A DNA stretch of 64,000 nt, from NCBI GenBank assembly GCA_965223325.1, contig CBDCWI010000002.1, positions 1,760,001 to 1,824,000 on the forward strand, written 5' to 3'. The notes below the pieces were generated by a model. It worked only from the letters and a program-made list of their open reading frames with translations. It searched no databases and was not told the DNA's origin. Position numbers and translations under genes: made by a program. The stretch comes from Candidatus Multivoradales bacterium (GTDB lineage Bacteria; Acidobacteriota; Thermoanaerobaculia; Multivoradales; Multivoraceae). Below, piece after piece: positions 57,830 through 64,000 of the stretch (within the stretch, counting starts at the first letter, position 1; every line of letters starts with the position of its first letter).

Positions 57830-58662
57830 GGTGCTTTGGATCCTGAGGTGGTCAGGTTGGCCTGCCGGGTCTCTTTCGGCCGCTGGGCAGGGAACCGGGT
57901 ACCCATCTGGTCACCGCGAATCGCCGCCGCCAGGACTCCCGGGGTACGACCGTTGCCAATCACTGCCTCGATGCCTGATGTGACCGCGCGCTCGACGGCC
58001 TGGAGCTTGGTCGCCATACCTCCCACCGAACGCGCGCCGTGGTTGTCACCCGCATAGGCACGTACCGCGTCGATGTTTTCGACCACGGTCAAAACCTCGC
58101 CGTTGCCATCGGGTGACCTGGTCAGGCCATCGACGCTGGTGAGCATGACCAAAAGGTCGGCGTCCGAGAGCACCGCGACCTCAGCCGACAGGTGATCGTT
58201 GTCGCCAAAGCGCAGCTCCTCGACCGCCACCGAGTCGTTCTCGTTGATGATCGGCACGACGCCGAGATCGAGCAGGCGCGCCACCGTATGACGAGCGTTG
58301 TTGTAGCGAATCCGCGAGTCGAGATCTGAGTGGGTCAAGAGAAGCTGGGCGACCTTGACGCCGCGCGCGCGAAAAGCGCGATCCCAGGACTTCATGAGGA
58401 GCGACTGCCCGATCGCCGAACAGGCCTGCAGCGTGGCCAGCTCGCCCGGTCGTTCGCCGAGCCCGAGCTCCATGGCACCGGCGGCGACCGCCCCACTCGA
58501 GACCAACACGCAGCGATGGCCGGCCTCTACCTCGGCGACGACCTCCAGGGCCAGAGCATCGATCTGCTGGTCGTCGAGTGCCAGGCCATCGAGGCGTGCG
58601 AGCACGCCACTTCCGAACTTGATGACAAGGGTCAGCGGCTCAGTGCCAGGGGGTAGGGACAT
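57826..58662 (-). CDS. proB: Glutamate 5-kinase (short form lacking the PUA domain)
   Basis: VIKFGS, VSSGAVAAG, PIINENDSV, FGDNDHLSA and GGMATKL motifs; 278 aa. Confidence 0.95.
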   Translation of the reverse strand: MSLPPGTEPLTLVIKFGSGVLARLDGLALDDQQIDALALEVVAEVEAGHRCVLVSSGAVAAGAMELGLGERPGELATLQACSAIGQSLLMKSWDRAFRARGVKVAQLLLTHSDLDSRIRYNNARHTVARLLDLGVVPIINENDSVAVEELRFGDNDHLSAEVAVLSDADLLVMLTSVDGLTRSPDGNGEVLTVVENIDAVRAYAGDNHGARSVGGMATKLQAVERAVTSGIEAVIGNGRTPGVLAAAIRGDQMGTRFPAQRPKETRQANLTTSGSKAP

Positions 58663-58769
58663 GGGGCCGAATTGTATCCAGCCGCCGCCGATTCAGCAGT
58701 TGTAGAAGCGCTCAACCAAAGGCCCAGCGCGCTCAACCAGAGCGACCTCGAACAACGCCGCGTGGGCCC

Positions 58770-59447
58770 CTAGCGGCCCGCCGCCTCGAGGCGCCCGATC
58801 CAGCGGCGATACCCGGCCACTGGTTGCGCTCCCATCACCACCCCGACTCCTCCCGCCTGGCGAACCGCCGGCACCCCGCCCGCACCATGCTCAATGGCTT
58901 CGCGGTGGTCGGCGACGATCTCTGCGGCGATCTCTTCACCGAGGGCGGTATGAAAGGGCTCTTCGAAGCGCTCGGCCGGGAAACCCGCCTCGCCCCACAA
59001 GGCGCGGAGTGTCGGCTCACTGGTGATGTCTCGATTGTGTTGGAAGTAGGCCTCGAGCAGGCTCCAGTGGAGGGACTTCCAGGCAACGGGATCGATGCGC
59101 CACGCGGCCTTGGACAGCAGGTGCGGCGGAACACTGTGCGAAGGCGGCCCCTCGTCGCTCGCCCAGACCCTGAAGCCGGCGGATGGCTCCTCCTCGGCGG
59201 GACGCTCCCACGACTGCGTATAGCGCTTGAACTTCTCGAGCGAGCGACCGGCGTCAGGCTGCGGACGCAGGAGAAAGCTCTTCCACTCGAGCCTCAGCCG
59301 TTCAGGCCCCATCTCATCTTCGATCTCTCGCAGGCGGACCGCCGCGACCAGGCACCACGGTCACAGATAGTCGGAGTAGACCACCAGATGAACTGGCTTC
59401 GAACTCCTCACCTCTTCGTTCACGGATTCGTTCGTCGATTCGTTCAC
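58770..59447 (-). CDS. DsbA/FrnE-like thioredoxin-fold selenoprotein (UPWC)
   Basis: The frame of ORF 58770..59312 extends upstream as VVYSDYL-TGA-PWC, with the TGA at 59361-59363. RBS GGAGG and GTG start at 59447. Cis-Pro motif GVPA near the C-terminus. Confidence 0.8.
59328..59347 (-). promoter_or_regulatory. Candidate bacterial SECIS hairpin
   Basis: UCGC-GGCG-[GUC]-CGCC-U-GCGA hairpin. The apical loop begins with G, 21 nt after the UGA. Confidence 0.6.
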
Positions 59448-59569
59448 GGAAACCCCCCTTCCTCCCGGCTGACCTCTCACAGAGGGACGAACGATCAAGG
59501 TATCAGGTAGTGCGTTGCATGGCCTATGTTTGTGGCACGATGACGAGCGGGCAAAGGAGGTCCGGAGGC

Positions 59570-59953
59570 ATGAAGCGGATCAACATAGAGGGCGCGCCGG
59601 CTGCGATCGGCCCCTACTCGCACGCCGTACGGAGCGGCAATCTGCTCTTTCTCTCCGGGCAGACGCCGGTCGATCCCGAGACCGGCAGCCTCGTCGGCGA
59701 AGACATCAGTGCTCAGACCCATCGCGTGTTCGACAACCTCGCAATCGTCCTCGCAGGCTCGGGGCTGACACTCTTCGACGTCGTCAAGACGAATGTCTAT
59801 CTCCGCAGCATGGACGACTTCGCCGAAATGAACGCTGTCTACGCCAAGCGCTTCGGAGATCATCGACCGGCTCGCACGACCGTGGCGGTCAAGCAGAATC
59901 CGCTCGACGCACGGGTCGAGATCGAGTGCGTCGCTGAGCTCGAAGGCTCTTGA
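59570..59953 (+). CDS. RidA (YjgF/YER057c) family deaminase
   Basis: APAAIGPYSHA, LSGQ, DFAEMNAVY, PARTTV and VEIECVA motifs. Confidence 0.92.
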   Translation: MKRINIEGAPAAIGPYSHAVRSGNLLFLSGQTPVDPETGSLVGEDISAQTHRVFDNLAIVLAGSGLTLFDVVKTNVYLRSMDDFAEMNAVYAKRFGDHRPARTTVAVKQNPLDARVEIECVAELEGS

Positions 59954-59974
59954 CCTGATCGAGGCGGCTACCGT

Positions 59975-60883
59975 TTGACCACCAATGACAACCAGAACCC
60001 GGCGGGCACCCCCGAGGCCGAAGTCGAGATCAATTGTTCGCTGGTGCGAGACCTGCTCACCGAGCAGCATCCCGATCTGGCCGACGAAGCCATCCTCCCG
60101 GCCGCGAACGGCTGGGACAACAAGATGTTTCGCCTCGGTGAAGAGCTGGCGGTGCGCCTCCCGCGGCGACGCGTCGCCGCTCGCTTGATCGAGCACGAGC
60201 AGCGCTGGCTGCCCGAGATCGCAAGGCGCGTCCCAGTCGCCGTCCCCACACCAGTGCGTGTGGGCCGACCAGGGTCGGGTTTCCCGTGGAAGTGGAGCGT
60301 CATTCCGTGGGTCCAGGGAACGTCGACCGACCAACAACCCCTCGGCGAGGACCAGGCCGCCGCCTTCGGCTCGTTTCTGCGCCAGCTCCACCTACCCGCA
60401 CCACCCACAGCACCAGCGAACCCCTACCGCGGCGTTGCGCTCGCCGAACGCGACGCGACCTTGCAAGGGCGCCTCCAACGCCTCGCGCAACGCCACCTCG
60501 GGGTCGACTGGGATGCCGTTGGGCGCGCCTGGAAGGAGGGCCTCGAGGCCTCGAAGTCATCGCGCACGGTGTGGATTCACGGCGACCTTCATCCGCGCAA
60601 CGTGATCGGTCGAGGGGGAGCACTGGCTGCCGTGATCGATTGGGGCGACCTCACCTCGGGTGACAGAACCACCGATCTCGCCGCCGCGTGGATGCACTTC
60701 CCGAACCAGGCGCACCTCGCATTCTGGTCAGCCTACGGCGAACCGTCGCCCAACCTCGTCGTTCGAGCGCGCGCCTGGGCAGTCTTCTTTGGCGTCGTGC
60801 TCCTCGAAACCGGCCTCATAGACGACGAGATCTTCGCGCGGGTGGGAAAGCAAACCCTCGAACGAGCCACCGCCTACCGGTAG
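59975..60883 (+). CDS. Aminoglycoside phosphotransferase (APH/choline kinase-like) family protein
   Basis: GWDNKMFRLG, VRLPR, HGDLHPRN and VIDWGD motifs. Confidence 0.88.
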   Translation: MTTNDNQNPAGTPEAEVEINCSLVRDLLTEQHPDLADEAILPAANGWDNKMFRLGEELAVRLPRRRVAARLIEHEQRWLPEIARRVPVAVPTPVRVGRPGSGFPWKWSVIPWVQGTSTDQQPLGEDQAAAFGSFLRQLHLPAPPTAPANPYRGVALAERDATLQGRLQRLAQRHLGVDWDAVGRAWKEGLEASKSSRTVWIHGDLHPRNVIGRGGALAAVIDWGDLTSGDRTTDLAAAWMHFPNQAHLAFWSAYGEPSPNLVVRARAWAVFFGVVLLETGLIDDEIFARVGKQTLERATAYR

Positions 60884-61028
60884 CGGAACCGGGGCAGCGA
60901 AGCGACCGGCTAGACTGGGACGACTCCCCCACAACCCGCTGCGGTTCCATCGGTGATGCCAGGCTTCTCCCGACCGCCGAGGGCCATTGAACCTTCTTCG
61001 ACCCACCGACCGCATTCGGAGTGCCGCC

Positions 61029-62714
61029 ATGACTCGACAACCCCATCCTTGCACCACACTCGTTCGCTACCTCGGCCTGCTGGCTCTCGCTCTCGTTCTT
61101 CTGGGAGCCCCGGCAGGAATCCTCGCCCAGAGCGAGTCGGCCGAAGGGTCCACCACCGCTTCCGAGGAGAACGACGAGGAAAAACTGGTCCTGCCGGCGC
61201 CCGACCGACCGGCCGACGAAGGCGAAGGCCCCTTCGAGCGGTTGATTCTGCGCAACGGCATCATGGTCGACGGCACCGGTTCGCCGCCGCTGGGTCCAGT
61301 CGACATCGTCATCGAGGGCAACCACATCGCCGAGATCAAGAGCATTGGTGCGCCGAAGACCGAGATCGACGAAGAGAAGCGCCCCAAGGATGCAACCCGC
61401 GAGATCGATCTCGAAGGCGCCTGGGTTCTGCCGGGAATCGTCGACCTGCACGTGCATACCGGTGGTGTGCCAAAGGCGCCAGAGGCCGAGTACGTCTACA
61501 AGCTGTGGCTCGCCCACGGCATCACGACGGTGCGGGGCGTTCCCACCGGCAGCCTGGAGTGGGATATCTCCGAGAAGAAGCGCAGCGCTGCCAACGAGAT
61601 CACCGCGCCACGCATCGTTTCGTACCAGCGTGCCGGCGCCGGCAAGGAGTGGAAGGACCGCAACGTGAGAACGGCTGAAGACGCACGCGAGTGGGTGCGC
61701 TACGCCCATGAGAAAGGTGTCGACGGTCTGAAGCTCGGAGCCCATCGCCCCGAAGTCATGGAAGCGCTCCTCGACGAAGCTGCCAAGCACGGCATGGGAT
61801 CGACAGCTCATCTCGCCCAGATGGGCGTCGCGCAGATGAACGCGCTCGACGCCGCGCGCCTGGGTCTTGGCAGCATGACTCACTTCTACGGCCTGTTCGA
61901 GTCGATGTACGAGAACCACGACGTCCAGCCCTGGCCGGTCGACATGAACTACATGGACGAACAGAACCGCTTCGGCCAGGTCGCCCGTCAATGGAGCCTG
62001 GTGGAACCGCGCGGCGAAAAGTGGAACGCGCTCCTGGCGGAGTTCCTCGAGCTCGATTTCTACCTCAACCCGACAATGACGATCTACTCTGCGGGCCGCG
62101 ACGTCATGCGCGCCCGCAACGCCGACTGGCACGCCGACTACACCCTGCCGTCACTGGCTGAGTTCTACGCCCCGAGTCGCATCGATCACGGGTCGTACTG
62201 GTACGACTGGACTCTCCACGACGAAATCGCCTGGAAGAACTTCTACCGGGTCTGGGGCATGTTCCTCAACGACTACAAGAACATGGGCGGAAAGGTCACC
62301 GTCGGCTCCGACTCGGGCTTCATCTACCAGACCTACGGGTTCGGCACCATCCTCGAGCTCGAGCTCCTGCAAGAAGCCGGCTTTCACCCGCTCGAGGTCA
62401 TTCGCTCGGCCACCATGCACGGCGCGATGGAAATCAACAAGGTGAGCGGCGAACCCATCGAGACCGGCGTCCTCCGAGAAGGCCTGCTCGCCGACATGAT
62501 GATTGTCGACCAGAACCCGCTCGCCAATCTGAAGGTGCTCTACGGCACCGGCGCCGTGCGCCTCAACGACGACACCGGTCGCCCCGAGCGTGTCGGCGGC
62601 GTGCGCTACACCATCAAGGACGGGATCGTCTTCGACGCCAAGGAACTCCTCGCCGATGTCGCGGCGATGGTGCGCGCCGCAGAGCCTGGCGAGGCCGCAA
62701 CCACAACCCCCTGA
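61029..62714 (+). CDS. Secreted amidohydrolase family protein
   Basis: LPGIVDLHVH, LAHGITTVR, VGSDSG, PLEVIRSATM and ADMMIV..NPL motifs. Confidence 0.88.
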   Translation: MTRQPHPCTTLVRYLGLLALALVLLGAPAGILAQSESAEGSTTASEENDEEKLVLPAPDRPADEGEGPFERLILRNGIMVDGTGSPPLGPVDIVIEGNHIAEIKSIGAPKTEIDEEKRPKDATREIDLEGAWVLPGIVDLHVHTGGVPKAPEAEYVYKLWLAHGITTVRGVPTGSLEWDISEKKRSAANEITAPRIVSYQRAGAGKEWKDRNVRTAEDAREWVRYAHEKGVDGLKLGAHRPEVMEALLDEAAKHGMGSTAHLAQMGVAQMNALDAARLGLGSMTHFYGLFESMYENHDVQPWPVDMNYMDEQNRFGQVARQWSLVEPRGEKWNALLAEFLELDFYLNPTMTIYSAGRDVMRARNADWHADYTLPSLAEFYAPSRIDHGSYWYDWTLHDEIAWKNFYRVWGMFLNDYKNMGGKVTVGSDSGFIYQTYGFGTILELELLQEAGFHPLEVIRSATMHGAMEINKVSGEPIETGVLREGLLADMMIVDQNPLANLKVLYGTGAVRLNDDTGRPERVGGVRYTIKDGIVFDAKELLADVAAMVRAAEPGEAATTTP

Positions 62715-62772
62715 CCGCCATTCGAGCGGGTCAGTTCGAGCGGGCCAGGGCGAGCGGATCAGTTCGAGGCGG

Positions 62773-63225
62773 TCAGAGCGGCGGCCCGAGGATCTCCATG
62801 CCGTGTGCTTCGGCGATCTCCGCGATCCGTGGCATGTCGCCCGGTGGCTCCAGAGCTTCGGCCTCGATGGTTTCGAAGAAGCCTTCCACGCCGCCGGGGG
62901 TACACGAGATGAGAAGCCTGGCGTTCGCAGACCCCTCGTTCTTGAACGCGTGCGGCGAGCCGGGCGGGATGACGATCACGCCGCCCTCGCCGAGAACCGT
63001 CTCCTCGTCGTCACAGCGAAAGCGGACCGTGCCCTCCAGCACCACGAACGTTTCATGTTCTCGGCGATGGACATGGAGCGGCGGACCAGCGCCAGGAGGA
63101 ACCTCCTCTTCGAACACCGTGAGAGCTCCGCCGGTGTCTTGGGTGCGCACCAGGAAGCGCCTTGGGAGGCCGAAGGCCCGGTTGATGCTGCCCTCGCCAG
63201 GGCGACGAATGATGGCTGGAGCCAT
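62773..63225 (-). CDS. Cupin domain protein
   Basis: PPLHVHRREHETFVVLEG...IPPGSPHAFKN cupin motifs. RBS GAGGAG before ATG 63225. Confidence 0.88.
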   Translation of the reverse strand: MAPAIIRRPGEGSINRAFGLPRRFLVRTQDTGGALTVFEEEVPPGAGPPLHVHRREHETFVVLEGTVRFRCDDEETVLGEGGVIVIPPGSPHAFKNEGSANARLLISCTPGGVEGFFETIEAEALEPPGDMPRIAEIAEAHGMEILGPPL

Positions 63226-63341
63226 GACCGCTCTCTCCTCTGCTGTGAATCCCTCTGGAAACCAGACGACTCGCTGCACCCCATCAAAGCCCAGGAGGCC
63301 TGTCAACATCACCGGAGCCTAGCGCCGGCCCGGTCCCTATT

Positions 63342-63710
63342 TCACCGCGACTTCAACCACGCCCCCAGCACGTTCCCCGGCAAGAGGCAGATCAAGAACG
63401 CCAGGTGATACCAGAGGGGCATCTGATCCCAGACCTGCATTTGGACGAAGATGCCCACCGCCGTTTGGATGACACCGAGCGCTATGCCATGCGGCACTCC
63501 GTTCTTTCGGGCGACCGAGGCGGTCACCCACCCGGCAATGACCGAGAACACCACCGACAAGAGAAACACCAGGCCGAGGACCATCGGGTCGCGGGTCGTC
63601 ATGTCTTCGGCGAACCGGTCGGCAAAGACACGAACGAGGATCTGGTTGCTAGTCAGCCAAAGGACTGTCCAGGACGCGAAGCCAGCGAGGACAGCGAGAA
63701 CGCTGCGCAT
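63342..63710 (-). CDS. Small hypothetical membrane protein (4 TM)
   Basis: MRSVLAVLAGF..., GWVTA and PLWYH pattern, with hydrophobic segments. Confidence 0.75.
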   Translation of the reverse strand: MRSVLAVLAGFASWTVLWLTSNQILVRVFADRFAEDMTTRDPMVLGLVFLLSVVFSVIAGWVTASVARKNGVPHGIALGVIQTAVGIFVQMQVWDQMPLWYHLAFLICLLPGNVLGAWLKSR

Positions 63711-63714
63711 GGCC

Positions 63715-64000
63715 TCAGGCGCTCCTCGGCACATCGATCGGCCAGCGTTCGGACAACGTCTCTTTCGGACTGAACGGCGCAAGGACCTTGAAGAGCACGA
63801 ACAGCATGCGTGCTCCGAAAGTGGGCTTGCCGGTTTCGACGATCGCCTTCAGGTTGTTGACTATGAAGGAGCCACCCTGCGCCATTTGTTTGGCTGTCTT
63901 GGTGCCGGCAGGAACCTTGCGCGTGGTGAGCTTGAGTTCGACGCCGTCATCGGTTTGTTTCATGTCGTAGATGACCTCACACTCCGGGTCCTCATAGTTG
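63715..64000 (-). CDS. SRPBCC/AHSA1-like protein, C-terminal part (5' end outside window)
   Basis: Frame is open to the window edge and reads 'CEVIYDMKQTDDGVELKLT...GGSFIVNNLKAIVETG'. Confidence 0.65.
   Translation of the reverse strand, partial: NYEDPECEVIYDMKQTDDGVELKLTTRKVPAGTKTAKQMAQGGSFIVNNLKAIVETGKPTFGARMLFVLFKVLAPFSPKETLSERWPIDVPRSA

Noticed and set aside
59975-60883. Aminoglycoside resistance determinant
   Set aside because: Only generic APH/choline-kinase family motifs are present, with no mobile context. The substrate cannot be inferred.
1-64000. tRNA, rRNA or riboswitch genes
   Set aside because: I recognised no cloverleaf, rRNA signature or known riboswitch by eye. An Infernal/tRNAscan run is needed to exclude them.

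Overview
High-GC bacterial chromosomal window, probably Acidobacteriota (inferred from an ADOP-type duplicated permease, an IPTL-CTERM-like sorting tail and many secreted proteins). It holds about 47 protein genes and no rRNA, tRNA, CRISPR array, transposase or phage gene that I can recognise. Housekeeping genes include polB, yeaG(prkA)-yeaH-spoVR, tesB, ilvA, gloB, proBA, chrA, a RidA protein and several hydrolases. Surface or secreted modules include a Calx-beta autotransporter next to a Sel1 pseudo-caspase and an FHA-EAL protein, a beta-helix/diheme cytochrome pair, a DUF11-type protein with a thioester-like domain, and PA-metallopeptidase and S8-like proteases. The most striking signals lie outside the ORF track: (1) a ~1 kb array between yeaG and yeaH of stem-loop units with fixed 78-79 nt but highly diverged loops, separated by a constant 31-nt hairpin repeat; (2) a ~1.1 kb giant inverted repeat of a structured ~430-bp element filling the polB/spoVR gap; (3) a DsbA/FrnE-like selenoprotein with an in-frame UGA in a UxxC motif and a SECIS-like hairpin; (4) an ERIC-like MITE at 700-865; (5) a frameshifted IPTL-CTERM protein built from three subtilase-propeptide-like modules with no protease domain. 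All family assignments come from motifs recognised by eye; no searches were run.
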